From contig JBHLNS010000001.1 of NCBI GenBank assembly GCA_048941285.1, positions 96,001 through 160,000 on the forward strand: a stretch of 64,000 nucleotides of DNA, read 5' to 3'. The notes beneath the pieces are model-generated. The model was not told the DNA's origin. It made no database searches and saw only the letters and a program-made list of their open reading frames with translations. This document shows, in pieces, positions 21,377 through 32,092 of this stretch. Every line of letters begins with the position of its first letter. Position 1 is the first letter of the stretch. Source of the stretch: Promethearchaeota archaeon (GTDB taxonomy: Archaea; Asgardarchaeota; Lokiarchaeia; Sigyniarchaeales; SOKP01). Position numbers and translations under genes: made by a program.

Positions 21377-21826
21377 ATTCCAAATTGGTTTATTCATAAT
21401 AAATGGGCTGAAAAAGCAGGTATTGACAAAAATGTAGCAGATCTAGTTAATAGAGCTTTAGACTATGGTTTCAATTGGGCGTTATATGAACAGAATAATA
21501 AGGAATTTGAAGATGAAGATAATGAGATTATTATTTCCCAACAACTAAAGCATTTCTGTGAAAAAGATAAAAATAAGAAAGGTTACATTAAAGCTGTGTA
21601 CTTGCATCATCTTTTAGATTTTTTTAAAGAAACACATGTTAACATTTATGATATTGACTTAGTATTCAATAGATTTTTACAAAATAAAGCTATTATTGAA
21701 ATTACTGACTCTGAGGGAAATAAAATGAATTTTCAAAGAGATCTGGAACAAATATTTAAATTACTAAAAGATAACAAAAAAGAATTATATGAAGATATAA
21801 AAGGTAAATATATCGAAGAAAAATAA
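21377..21826 (+). CDS. Hypothetical protein (MPNWFIHNKWAEKAGI..YLHHLLD), probable ATT start
   Basis: Open frame extends 73 codons upstream of the track's GTG (21596) to ATT at 21377, 6 nt after a GTGA SD-like motif; in-frame TGA at 21368. Confidence 0.65.
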   Translation: MPNWFIHNKWAEKAGIDKNVADLVNRALDYGFNWALYEQNNKEFEDEDNEIIISQQLKHFCEKDKNKKGYIKAVYLHHLLDFFKETHVNIYDIDLVFNRFLQNKAIIEITDSEGNKMNFQRDLEQIFKLLKDNKKELYEDIKGKYIEEK

Positions 21827-21875
21827 AAAAAGAAAGCAGAGTGGAAAAAAACTTGATTTATAGTAAAAAATGATT

Positions 21876-23741
21876 TTAAAAATACTGAGAAATCCATTCT
21901 AACTCTAATTCTGCTAATTTTGAACTTGTTGGTATCCCATTATTGTTCCAACCCATCATTTTATAATAGGTGTTAATGGCAGTCTCAAGTTCATCTGGAT
22001 TAATAGAAGTTTCTGAAAGTGATCCCGAGGTATGAGGTTTGAAAAATCTTTCTGGTAACCAATCATCCTTTTTTTCTAAACCCTCCCTAATGTTGAAAGC
22101 TCTTGCCATAGTGGTAATCCTCTCTCCTGCTTTCATTAATTCCCAGGTCGTAGTATACCAACCTGTAACAGCCCTTAAAATCTCAGGCACATCAACATAA
22201 TCCCAAGGTAAGAAATAACATATTAATAAAGCATTATATAAATTACGCCAATTAGTAATATAAACTAATGCTCGAATCTTCTTTACTCCTAAATCATTAA
22301 TCTCGAGTGGCTCTAAAATTCCAATAGCACTATGAGCACCAATTGATCTTTCACTTGCAATTGAAGTATCATGCAAATTAGCCATATGTTCCGCACCAGT
22401 AGGTGAAATTGCATAGCCAACTCCTAATCCCTGTTTCAAACGAGGTTCATGCATGGGTATCTCTTGTCCTTTCACATGCATTGCGAACTTATCTGTCCCG
22501 TTTTTTATTTTTTCAGAAGCTCTTTTTACACCCTCAGCTAAAATATCACCCAAACCTTCACGTTTGCCAATCATTTCAACCATCTTCACCATGGTTTCAG
22601 CATTTCCAAAATTAAGTTTTAAACCATTTGTATCTTTATCAGATAAGATTCCATTCTCATAACATTCCATAGCAAATCCAATAGATACTCCTGCTGAAAT
22701 AGTATCTAATGAATACTTATTACACAATTCATTTGCTTTGCAAACTGCTTTTATATCCTCAACCCCACAATTAGAACCAAATGCTCCAATTGATTCATAT
22801 TCAGGACCACCATAAATTGGATTTACATTCCATGGTTCACCAATTTCAACGATTTTCTTGCACCGGACTGAACATGCATAACATGCTTCCATTTTTAAGC
22901 CAATTTCATCTTTCATTATACTAGGATCTAATGACTTTGCAGCAGAAAAATTGCCATCTCTAAAATTTCGCGTTGGAAGATTCCCAGACGTAGCAAATTG
23001 TTCCATTATAGCGCCCCCAGTTCCATATTGAAAATAACCCCTCATTGGCTTATATGCTAATTCATTAAACTCCTTTATTTTTGCTCTTAATTTTTCTTTA
23101 TCCTTAACTTCAAGTCGTTTATGACCTCTAACAGCAATAGCTTTCAAATTTTTAGATCCCATTACGGCACCCATCCCTGTACGACCTGCAGCATTTCTCA
23201 GATCGTTTATGACACAAGCGTAGCGTACTAATCGCTCTCCGCCTGGCCCTATTTGAGCTACTCGAATTAATTTGTCATTTAACTCTTTTTGTATAATTTC
23301 TTGTGCTTCTCCTGTTAGTTTTCCCCATAGATGACTTGCATCCCTTAATTCTGCCTCTCCTTCCTTTATCCATAAATAAACAGGCTTCTTTGCTTTTCCT
23401 TCTATGATTATTGCATCAAATCCCGCCTGTTTTAATTCAGCACCCCAATGACCTCCAACTTCAGCCTCACCAAAACCTCCTGTTAAAGGAGATTTGGCTC
23501 CAACACTGTTTCGACCTGTTCCAGGAATTGCAAATCCAGTTAAAGGCCCTGTAGCAAAAATTAACTTATTTTGAGGACCTAAAGGATCAGTACCTTTTGG
23601 AACTTCCTTTAAAAGATAATAAGCTACGAATCCTTCACCACCAATATATCGGCGGTAGAAATTCTCATCCGGATTTTCAATCGAGATCGCTCTATTTGTT
23701 AAATTAACGCGAAGAAAATTTCCAGTATATCCATTAACCAT
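21876..23741 (-). CDS. aor: Tungsten aldehyde:ferredoxin oxidoreductase family protein
   Basis: KSPLTGG, AAGRTGMGAVMGSKNLKAI, CYACSVRC, GPEYE, DTISAG. Confidence 0.92.
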   Translation of the reverse strand: MVNGYTGNFLRVNLTNRAISIENPDENFYRRYIGGEGFVAYYLLKEVPKGTDPLGPQNKLIFATGPLTGFAIPGTGRNSVGAKSPLTGGFGEAEVGGHWGAELKQAGFDAIIIEGKAKKPVYLWIKEGEAELRDASHLWGKLTGEAQEIIQKELNDKLIRVAQIGPGGERLVRYACVINDLRNAAGRTGMGAVMGSKNLKAIAVRGHKRLEVKDKEKLRAKIKEFNELAYKPMRGYFQYGTGGAIMEQFATSGNLPTRNFRDGNFSAAKSLDPSIMKDEIGLKMEACYACSVRCKKIVEIGEPWNVNPIYGGPEYESIGAFGSNCGVEDIKAVCKANELCNKYSLDTISAGVSIGFAMECYENGILSDKDTNGLKLNFGNAETMVKMVEMIGKREGLGDILAEGVKRASEKIKNGTDKFAMHVKGQEIPMHEPRLKQGLGVGYAISPTGAEHMANLHDTSIASERSIGAHSAIGILEPLEINDLGVKKIRALVYITNWRNLYNALLICYFLPWDYVDVPEILRAVTGWYTTTWELMKAGERITTMARAFNIREGLEKKDDWLPERFFKPHTSGSLSETSINPDELETAINTYYKMMGWNNNGIPTSSKLAELELEWISQYF

Positions 23742-23921
23742 AATATATCCTTATTTTTCAAATAATTTTAATTATATTTAGTTAAATTTCATCTTATTTA
23801 TATTTCTTATTTCTTGTAATCCTTTTTCTAAACATGTGAATATTTCATTTAGACTCTTCTAAAGTTTCATACTTAAGTCTTGAGAAAAAGTCAAATTAAA
23901 TCAATTTCAATGTATTTTTAA

Positions 23922-25013
23922 TTAATCAAATGGATATATACCAAGTTTAGCCCTTGGATCATTTTTTATTCTTTCTTTATAAAATGCGTAATCTTCACCC
24001 ATATAACCATTTTGGATCCATTCAAATGGTCTATTATCTAAGATCTCATCAATTTTCCTTAGAATATCCTTTGTTAATCTTACTTCTAAAGATTGAAGGT
24101 TTTCTTCAACCCTATCAGGGTGTCTAGTACCCATTAATGCACTACTTACGAAATGATTACTTAAAACCCACGCATATGCTAGTTGAGCCAAGGTAACCTC
24201 TATTTCAACGGCGATCTCTGACAATTTTAAGAATTTTTCAAATTTCGAAGCTTGTGGTTTTTGATTCTCATCTCCAATATACCTTAAAATTGATTTAATT
24301 TCTTGATCGCTTAGATCCTCCATTTTTTTTCCCTTATACTTTGAAGTGAACAATCCATCTGCTAATACCTTATAAGCAACTAAGCCTATTCCAGTATATT
24401 CAGCAGTGTATGGTAGTTCATATTCACCACTAAACCGCATCACTAGATTATATTTTACTTGATCACAGACTGGTCCACGTAATCCCAAATTTTTCGCTAT
24501 TCCCCAAGCCCTTTCCAGTTGAGAAGCAAACCAATTTGATGTCCCCCAATAAAGGATCTTACCTTCATCGATTAAATCGTTCATTGCCCTCACGGTCTCT
24601 TCTAGAGGGGTACTATAGTCATACCTATGGCAATAATATAAATCTAGATAATCTATATCCATCCGTTCTAACGTTTTATCAATAGCCTCTGAAATGTGTT
24701 TTTTACCTAAACCTCGGTCATTGGAATTCGAACTCATCGGAAAGAAAACCTTACTTGCTAAGACAAAATTTGTTCGATCATAATCCTTTATGAATTCTCC
24801 AATTATTTTTTCTGCTGGCCCAAATCCTCCATATATATCTGCACAATCAATATGATTAATACCTCCCTCCCATGCTTTCTTAAGGCAAATAAGAGCTTCT
24901 TCTCTTGAAACTGGATTATCAGTTGCATTCCATTGAGCCCCCCCATAAAATAATGACCCAAAACCAATTTCAGACACATACATCCCGGAATTTCCCAATT
25001 TTCTATACTTCAT
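23922..25013 (-). CDS. Aldo/keto reductase
   Basis: YRKLGNSGMYVSEIGFG, DCADIYG, DYLDLYYCHR, GKILYWGTSN. Confidence 0.93.
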   Translation of the reverse strand: MKYRKLGNSGMYVSEIGFGSLFYGGAQWNATDNPVSREEALICLKKAWEGGINHIDCADIYGGFGPAEKIIGEFIKDYDRTNFVLASKVFFPMSSNSNDRGLGKKHISEAIDKTLERMDIDYLDLYYCHRYDYSTPLEETVRAMNDLIDEGKILYWGTSNWFASQLERAWGIAKNLGLRGPVCDQVKYNLVMRFSGEYELPYTAEYTGIGLVAYKVLADGLFTSKYKGKKMEDLSDQEIKSILRYIGDENQKPQASKFEKFLKLSEIAVEIEVTLAQLAYAWVLSNHFVSSALMGTRHPDRVEENLQSLEVRLTKDILRKIDEILDNRPFEWIQNGYMGEDYAFYKERIKNDPRAKLGIYPFD

Positions 25014-25336
25014 AAAGGCTCATTATTCCTTCTTATTCAATAATCTAACTATTCTTTTCTTCCAAATTATTATAAATTTTTTTGTTAATTTATAGTTTGA
25101 ATTATTGAACTTCATCCGAAGTCCAAATTCAAGTTTTGAGTATTTATCTATATTCTAAATTGTTAATTTGTCGTTTGAAATTATTGCATTACAATCTTTC
25201 TTAAGACTCGATAATTTCGCTTAAATATAGTAAAAAATATAAATTCAACAACATTTACAATTAACATCTAATAAAAATAATTTAATATTAAATATTATAT
25301 TCAGAACAAATAAATCATAAAAAATTAAGGAAATTG

Positions 25337-26635
25337 ATGAAAATGGCTGATAAAGAACATTTAAATCTCGTAATAATAGGGCATATAGATCACGGGAAGA
25401 GTACGATGATGGGAGCTATGCTTATTGAAACTGGAGCAGTTACTGATAGAGAAGCTCGTGAATTGGAAAAATTGGCAAAAGAATACGACAGGGATTCTTG
25501 GTCATACGCTTTTGTCTTTGACAGACTTAAAGAGGAACGACAAAGGGGAATTACTATTGATTTAGCGTTTCGAAAATTTGAAACTAAAACCAAATACTTT
25601 ACAATTATTGATGCCCCAGGACATGCTGACTTCGTCAAAAATATGATAACTGGAGCGTCTCAAGCTGATGCTGCTATCCTTGTTGTATCTGGTAAAAAAG
25701 GAGAAATGGAAGTTGGGATCGCAGCTAATGGGCAGACTCGAGAACACGCTTATTTAGCACAAACCTTAGGTATAAAGCAACTTGTAGTTGCTGTTAATAA
25801 AGCAGATGTTTATGATTATTCCGAAGACAGATTTAACGAGTGCAAACAATCTGTTGGTGACCTTCTCAAAAGCATTGGATTTAAGGACGTAAAATTTATT
25901 CCAACAAGTGGGATGCAAATGCAAAATCTTTCAAGGAAAAGCGACAAAATGCCATGGTATGATGGTCCAACTTTGATTGATGCGATAGATCAATTTGTTC
26001 TTCCTGAAAAGCCAACTAACAAGCCTTTAAGAGTACCAATTCAAGATTGTTATAGAATTAAGGGAACAGGTGTTGTTCCTGTTGGCAGAGTAGAAACGGG
26101 AATTTTAAAGAAAGGAGATAAAATAGTTATCATGCCTACTGGGTTTCAAGGAGAAATTCGTTCTATTGAAATGCATCATGAAGAGATTCCACAAGCCATA
26201 CCTGGAGACAATATTGGATTTAGTATTAGAGGTATTACAATGGCAGATGCCAGTAGAGGAGATTGTTTAGGACATCCTTCTAACCCACCAACAGTAATTA
26301 CTCCAAATGGGAAATGGACGGGACAAATTATCGTAATCTGGCACCCTACTGCAGTTGCTCAAGGTTACACCCCAGTAATTCATGCTCACACTGCTCAAGT
26401 AGCAGCACGATTTTCTGCTTTAGTTAAGAAATTAGACCAGAAGACCGGTAGTGTAATAGAAGACTCACCTAAATTTTTGAAAAAGAATGAATCTGCTATT
26501 GTAGAGTTGACTCCGATTAAAAAAATGTGTCTTGAAAAATACGAAGATATTCCTGAAATGGGTCGATTTGCAGTACGTGACATGGGAAGAACTGTTGCAG
26601 TTGGTATAGTAAAGGATATTGTCACAGGAGCATAA
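25337..26635 (+). CDS. tuf: Elongation factor 1-alpha
   Basis: GHIDHGKST, RGITID, DAPGH, NKAD, GRFAVRDMG. Confidence 0.97.
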   Translation: MKMADKEHLNLVIIGHIDHGKSTMMGAMLIETGAVTDREARELEKLAKEYDRDSWSYAFVFDRLKEERQRGITIDLAFRKFETKTKYFTIIDAPGHADFVKNMITGASQADAAILVVSGKKGEMEVGIAANGQTREHAYLAQTLGIKQLVVAVNKADVYDYSEDRFNECKQSVGDLLKSIGFKDVKFIPTSGMQMQNLSRKSDKMPWYDGPTLIDAIDQFVLPEKPTNKPLRVPIQDCYRIKGTGVVPVGRVETGILKKGDKIVIMPTGFQGEIRSIEMHHEEIPQAIPGDNIGFSIRGITMADASRGDCLGHPSNPPTVITPNGKWTGQIIVIWHPTAVAQGYTPVIHAHTAQVAARFSALVKKLDQKTGSVIEDSPKFLKKNESAIVELTPIKKMCLEKYEDIPEMGRFAVRDMGRTVAVGIVKDIVTGA

Positions 26636-26888
26636 ATAACCCAATATTTGAAATTTTTTCTTATATTCTTATTTTTAATTGAAAATTTTTTATTTTAAAT
26701 CATTTACTTCAAATAATTTTTATTTCTTCATTTTTGGGAGACTTTAAGTTGACAAATTAAGTCAAAACGGTATATATATTTAAATTCTATCGGAATATTC
26801 CCATGATATAAGAATAATATTTTCATTTTTGAAGCTTTATTTGCCTTTTCTACATAAAAGGATATTATTTAGAAAAGGTTGATTTAAG

Positions 26889-27362
26889 GTTCTTTCGACA
26901 AAAACAAAAATTTGTCTTTTAGGGTTGAATAATGTTGGAAAGTCGTCATTATTAAGTTTACTTCAAGGTCGCGAAGTATCGAATGAGAGAAATCCAACTG
27001 TTGGTTTAGAAATAGAAGATTCGGTTCTAAACGGAAAGAAAGTCAATATATGGGATTTTGGTGGCCAAGAAAGGTTTAGGTTCATGTGGGAGGACTTTTT
27101 AAGAGGAGCGGGATTAGCAGTTTTAGTCTGTGATTCTACAGAAGATAATATTAAGAAAACAAAAGATATTTACAAAAGAGTCTCACGTTATTTAGATACT
27201 AAAATCATTGCTATTGCTAATAAACAAGATCTTCCAAATGCTTTAAGTGCGAAAAAGGTTCAGAAAAAACTTGGAATTCCAACTTATGGAATGTCTGCAT
27301 TACGGTTGGAATTACGAGATAGAATGCGTGATATTCTTGAATACGAGATAGAAACAAGTTAA
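26889..27362 (+). CDS. Arf/Sar-like small GTPase; start upstream of the track's TTG, probably non-canonical
   Basis: KICLLGLNNVGKSS, PTVG, WDFGGQERFR, NKQD; frame open from 26883 with TGA at 26880. Confidence 0.85.
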   Translation, partial: VLSTKTKICLLGLNNVGKSSLLSLLQGREVSNERNPTVGLEIEDSVLNGKKVNIWDFGGQERFRFMWEDFLRGAGLAVLVCDSTEDNIKKTKDIYKRVSRYLDTKIIAIANKQDLPNALSAKKVQKKLGIPTYGMSALRLELRDRMRDILEYEIETS

Positions 27363-27380
27363 ATAAACATGTATTATCTT

Positions 27381-27941
27381 TTAAATAATCTTTCCAATTA
27401 AGTGTGCCAACCTGATACATTCAGGGGTTTTAGAGTCAATACATGTTTTTTTTAAGAGTAATTCTGCTTGATTAATTTCAATGCCTTTTATATGGAAATA
27501 AATATCTGATAATCCTCCGGCTGTCTCAATTTGAGTATGAAATAAGCTTCCAGCATCAATTATATTTTGAATCTTAAATTTATAAGTATCTGGGAATTTT
27601 AGTTTAATTGCTTTTATCACCGAATCAATATCAACCTTCCTTTCATTAACAGCAATTATAGGTTTTTCTAATTCATAATAAATTTGATTTAGATTAATGA
27701 GGTTGAATCCTCCGAATGTAATACTGTGTGTTAATATATATTGAACATGTTTTTCATTTTCTTTTACCATTTCTATTAATTTTTCACTTGCATCGTTTCC
27801 ATCTATTTGGATTTCTGTTTTAATAATATTAACTGTTCGAACTCCTTGACATATAACTCCAATTAATTGAGTTGTTTTAGCTTTTGTCTTTAATTCAAAG
27901 GGTGCATCATCAATTCCAATTATTATAGGATTATCTTTCAT
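27381..27941 (-). CDS. DUF99 family (endonuclease V-like/endonuclease dU) protein
   Basis: IIGIDDAPF, IDGNDA, ITFGGFN, PECIRLAHLI. Confidence 0.85.
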   Translation of the reverse strand: MKDNPIIIGIDDAPFELKTKAKTTQLIGVICQGVRTVNIIKTEIQIDGNDASEKLIEMVKENEKHVQYILTHSITFGGFNLINLNQIYYELEKPIIAVNERKVDIDSVIKAIKLKFPDTYKFKIQNIIDAGSLFHTQIETAGGLSDIYFHIKGIEINQAELLLKKTCIDSKTPECIRLAHLIGKII

Positions 27942-27948
27942 ATTTTTA

Positions 27949-28401
27949 TTATTTGTTGGGTAGGAATTTTTTAATATGATTTAACAGATTAGTAAATGCT
28001 ATAGTAGCATTTCTAATCTCTTCAGTCCTATTATAGAGATCTCCCGAAAGATGGTCAACTAAAAAGTCTATAAATTCTTTTAAGTTCATTTTATTATTAA
28101 GATATACGTAAGCTACTAAAGATTCAACGGTATCAGCAAGATCATGAGCATTTGCTCTTGTTTTTGCGAAATTCTTCATATTGGCATTTTTTAATGCTGT
28201 TTCTAAAATTATTTTACTAACTTTTTTTCCCGTTCTAATAGGTTTTTTGTTTGGACTATTTTTCGTTAAATAAATAGATTTTGCTAAGGAATAAGCTAAA
28301 TTGACTATACCATCTCCAATTTTAGCTAGGCCTTTATCGGTACCAATAGCCTTTTGTGACTTGTTCAGATTTAAATCGGAAATTAAAAACTCATAATCCA
28401 T
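27949..28401 (-). CDS. Archaeal RNase III-like (mini-III type) protein
   Basis: DKGLAKIGDGIVNLAYSLA, ADTVESL. Confidence 0.75.
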   Translation of the reverse strand: MDYEFLISDLNLNKSQKAIGTDKGLAKIGDGIVNLAYSLAKSIYLTKNSPNKKPIRTGKKVSKIILETALKNANMKNFAKTRANAHDLADTVESLVAYVYLNNKMNLKEFIDFLVDHLSGDLYNRTEEIRNATIAFTNLLNHIKKFLPNK

Positions 28402-28458
28402 TAAGATAAGTTGAATTAAGGCATCTTATAAAGTTTTCATAAAAAAGAGAATAATGTC

Positions 28459-28968
28459 TTATGTAAGTTTTTTGAATACTTTTTGAACATCGAGAACTTC
28501 TTGTCTTAATGACTCAATTCCTTTATTTAAAATATCTTTAATCTTATAATTTTTTGAATTTTCAAGTCGTATGAAGATCTGAGCTGGGCTTATATTAGTT
28601 GCTTTATATGCGGCTATATTTACACCTTCAATATTTAATAAATGCTTCACAAGAATATTACAAAATCCATGAGATTGGCCTTCAACGATTAACTCATAAT
28701 CGTTTTCAGCTTTCCCTTTATTTAACTTTAAATTAAGATACTTATAATCAGGAAATCTAGGTTCTTCTTCTAATTCAAATTCTTCCTCTTCAATAATTTC
28801 GTCAGATGAGGGTGGAACAGCTTCTACTTCCTTTTTTTTTTCCACCTTGGGATAAACACTTTCAATCTCTTCATCATCTAATAATTCATCCCCAAATTCA
28901 TCAATTTCATCTTCATCTTTATCTTCTAATTTGACTGCTTTTTTTTTTGCCATTATTATAACTCCCAA
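28459..28968 (-). CDS. rpoL: RNA polymerase subunit L (Rpo11) with acidic N-terminal extension
   Basis: ELIVEGQSHGFCNILVKHLL..GVNIAAY; csl4-DUF2067-rpoL synteny. Confidence 0.8.
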   Translation of the reverse strand: MGVIIMAKKKAVKLEDKDEDEIDEFGDELLDDEEIESVYPKVEKKKEVEAVPPSSDEIIEEEEFELEEEPRFPDYKYLNLKLNKGKAENDYELIVEGQSHGFCNILVKHLLNIEGVNIAAYKATNISPAQIFIRLENSKNYKIKDILNKGIESLRQEVLDVQKVFKKLT

Positions 28969-29039
28969 TGATAAGAATTTGATAACTTTAATAAATAGTA
29001 TTTAGAATAAAATAAATTTTTTATGGTTTTATATAAATC

Positions 29040-29258
29040 TCACAAATAACGATTTGCCAAATCTTTTAATCTTTCAGTTGCTAAATGTTGAAGATCTCTT
29101 GACCCAAAAAGAGTGATTTTTATACTTTTACCTTCAACAGAGACATTTAGATTTAAATAATTCACCTTTTTCTGCACATTTTCAAGAAATTTAATAACAT
29201 TATCCAAAGAACCACTATTATTATAGAAATGAATTACTTTTTTTCCTAACTTTCTCAC
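29040..29258 (-). CDS. Small hypothetical protein (DUF2067-like) between csl4 and rpoL
   Basis: Position in the conserved cluster; KITLFGSRD. Confidence 0.6.
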   Translation of the reverse strand: MRKLGKKVIHFYNNSGSLDNVIKFLENVQKKVNYLNLNVSVEGKSIKITLFGSRDLQHLATERLKDLANRYL

Positions 29259-29293
29259 TTGATGAACACTCGTATCTTTTTAGTAATAAAAAA

Positions 29294-29905
29294 TTAGAAT
29301 CTTAAATTATCAGTAACATTTCCATAATCACTACTGATTTTCCTGCTTTCCACATTACCACATCGGTCACACTTTAGCTTGTTGTGCCCTATTTTTTTAA
29401 GTGGATCACCACAAATCACACAATCCGCATAAATAACTCCTAGATTTTTACCAGTTGTACTTAATTTATATTCATTATAATCTTGTTCTATAACACGAGC
29501 ACGTATTATATCAGTTATCTGAAATGCATCGCTAATTTTCTCTACATACCTGTCTGAAATCTGTGAGACATGTATATTGCCAAAATAACTTGAATTAAAA
29601 TGTATTTTTTCATTGATCGTATAAAAATTAATACCAACTGAGTATTGTCTCAAAAAAAGAATTGAACCAATAACAATATCTCCAATTTTTACAACTTTTC
29701 GATCTTCTTCTTGGTGTGTACTTATTTCTATTTTTCTTTCTTTGTTATTGATATTTATCATGCCTGATTTACTAGCAAAAATTTTTCCGTCTTTAGTAAA
29801 TGTAGATTGCTTATCAGGTAGGAATTCTTCAACTACTCCAAGTTTTTCACCCGTTAAGACGATATCTCCATCCTTTAGAGATTTCTTACTCAATAATATC
29901 AACAA
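29294..29905 (-). CDS. csl4: Exosome RNA-binding subunit Csl4
   Basis: VLTGEKLGVVEEFLP, IHVSQ, DIIRARV, LGVIYADCVICG..CDRCGNVESRKIS. Confidence 0.92.
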   Translation of the reverse strand: MLILLSKKSLKDGDIVLTGEKLGVVEEFLPDKQSTFTKDGKIFASKSGMININNKERKIEISTHQEEDRKVVKIGDIVIGSILFLRQYSVGINFYTINEKIHFNSSYFGNIHVSQISDRYVEKISDAFQITDIIRARVIEQDYNEYKLSTTGKNLGVIYADCVICGDPLKKIGHNKLKCDRCGNVESRKISSDYGNVTDNLRF

Positions 29906-30007
29906 TAGTTTTTTAATTTCTCAAACTCTTTCTACTTTAAGTAAATATTATTAAATAATATAAATAAATTTAATGTATTAATTCTAAAAGAGTAAACATT
30001 TTTTTGG

Positions 30008-30655
30008 ATGAAACTTAGCAAAAAAGAGCTTATCTCTATCATACAGAACACTGAATCGTTCAGCAGTCCTAAAATTGAATTAGAGCAATATTGTATCGAC
30101 GCAATTTGCGCGGTAGATATCATTTACTATGCAGGTTTTGAATATGACGATATTAATAAAGCGTTTATAATTGATTTAGGTGCTGGAACTGGAAGATTAT
30201 CTATTGCAAGTGCATTTTTTAAAGCTAGTTATGTTTTAAGCATCGATATAGATATTCCTGCTTTAGAGATATTAAAAAAAAATATTTTATATCTTGATTT
30301 AAACCATATAATCTTTCCAATATGTGCTGATATTGAATATTTTGAAATTTCTAGAAAATTTTTACCCAAAAATATGAAAATAACTACAATTATGAATCCC
30401 CCTTTTGGAGTTCAAACAAGATTTGCAGATAGACCCTTTTTAGGTAGAGCATTTAATTTTTCAGATGTGGTGTATTCTATTCATCTTAAAAATCCAAAGG
30501 TCCACAAATTTATTTCAAAATATGTAGATAAATTTAATTGGAAAATTGATAACATACTTCCTTTTAATATGGTTCTGGAAAGGACGTTTGCATTTCACAC
30601 ACAAAAAACAAAAGATATCGATGTGCTTGTATACCGATTTATTAAAAAACAATAA
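30008..30655 (+). CDS. METTL5-like SAM-dependent methyltransferase
   Basis: PKIELEQY, DLGAGTGRL, MNPPFG, VVYSIH. Confidence 0.9.
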   Translation: MKLSKKELISIIQNTESFSSPKIELEQYCIDAICAVDIIYYAGFEYDDINKAFIIDLGAGTGRLSIASAFFKASYVLSIDIDIPALEILKKNILYLDLNHIIFPICADIEYFEISRKFLPKNMKITTIMNPPFGVQTRFADRPFLGRAFNFSDVVYSIHLKNPKVHKFISKYVDKFNWKIDNILPFNMVLERTFAFHTQKTKDIDVLVYRFIKKQ

Positions 30656-30688
30656 AAAGTTAAAGTTAAGAATAAAAAATAGTATTTA

Positions 30689-31993
30689 TTAATGGAAACC
30701 TTTCCACGAGTCTAACTTACTGGGATATTTTGCATTTTCTCCTAAAATCTCTTCTATTCTGAGTAATTGATTAAACTTACTTGTTCGTTCTGATCTACTA
30801 GTAGCACCTGTCTTCAGTTGTCCAGTACAAAGTCCAACCGCTAAATCTGCAATAAAGGTATCTTCTGTTTCACCGGAGCGATGGGAAACCATTACATTAA
30901 ATCCATTATCAAAAGACATTTTTGCAGCCTTTATAGCTTCAGTTAAAGTACCAATTTGGTTTACTTTAAGTAATAATGCATTCCCTGCTTTCTCTTTTAT
31001 CGCTTTCTCTAAAATATTAATATTTGTAACAGTTAAATCATCATCAACAATTTGAAGAGATTTATCAATTTTAGCAGTCATATTTGAGAAATTTCTGAAA
31101 TCTTTTTCATTAAATGGGTCTTCAATAGATTTGAATGGATATTCATGGATTAAATCCATATAGTATTCCAATAATTCCTCTTCAGATAGCTTCCGACCAT
31201 CAATATTGTAGGAACCTTCTTCATAGAATTCACTAGCAGCAGCATCCATCCCTAGTACAAAATCAATTCCCATGAGAAATCCTGCTTTTTCAATCGCTTC
31301 AATTATTATTTCCACAGCCTCAGAAGTTAAATTTAAGTTTGGAGCAAATCCTCCTTCATCGCCAACATTTATAGAAGAAGGGCCATATTTCTTTACCAAC
31401 AACTTCTTTAATGTTTGATATACCTCCGCAACATTTTGAATAGCATGTGAAAAAGATGTAGCGCCTATGGGCAAAACCATAAATTCTTGAATTGACAAGT
31501 TATTGCCTGCGTGTTCACCTCCATTTATAATGTTACAACAAGGAACTGGAAGTAAATAGTCGCTTCTACTTTTATTATATGCTAAATTATAAAGATATTC
31601 AAATAAAGGAATTTCAGACAATTCAGAAGCTAATCTAGCTATCGCTAATGAAACTGATAATATTGCGTTAGCACCCAAATTGCTTTTATTTTCCGTCCCA
31701 TCTATTAAGATCATTTCTTCATCTATTTTTTCTTGTTCTCTAACATCAAAACCTATCAATTTTTTCCCTAGAATTTCATTTACGTTTTTAACAGCCTTTA
31801 GTACATGTTTCCCCAAAAATGGTTTTCCCCCATCTCGTAATTCCAGCGCCTCTAAAACTCCTGTCGATGCTCCTGAGGGGACAGCTGCTCTTGAAAAGCA
31901 TTTCCCAGCAAAAACATCAGATTCAATTGTTGGATTTCCTCGAGAATCTAAGATCCATCTAGATTTAATTTTACTAATTTTAAAATCTGTCAT
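30689..31993 (-). CDS. eno: Enolase
   Basis: ILDSRGNPT, VPSGASTG, GDEGGFAP, LLKVNQIGT, SHRSGETED. Confidence 0.97.
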   Translation of the reverse strand: MTDFKISKIKSRWILDSRGNPTIESDVFAGKCFSRAAVPSGASTGVLEALELRDGGKPFLGKHVLKAVKNVNEILGKKLIGFDVREQEKIDEEMILIDGTENKSNLGANAILSVSLAIARLASELSEIPLFEYLYNLAYNKSRSDYLLPVPCCNIINGGEHAGNNLSIQEFMVLPIGATSFSHAIQNVAEVYQTLKKLLVKKYGPSSINVGDEGGFAPNLNLTSEAVEIIIEAIEKAGFLMGIDFVLGMDAAASEFYEEGSYNIDGRKLSEEELLEYYMDLIHEYPFKSIEDPFNEKDFRNFSNMTAKIDKSLQIVDDDLTVTNINILEKAIKEKAGNALLLKVNQIGTLTEAIKAAKMSFDNGFNVMVSHRSGETEDTFIADLAVGLCTGQLKTGATSRSERTSKFNQLLRIEEILGENAKYPSKLDSWKGFH

Positions 31994-32092
31994 ACATATC
32001 TTATTGTTTTTTTATGGATATGAATATTAATAAAGAATTAAGAAAATTTAATTCTTAATATATTAATAAAAAAAAAATAATACCTAAATAGC

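Noticed and set aside
25097-25132. Imperfect hairpin between the aldo/keto reductase and EF-1alpha genes (possible SECIS or regulatory RNA)
   Set aside because: No in-frame TGA selenoprotein nearby and no diagnostic motif
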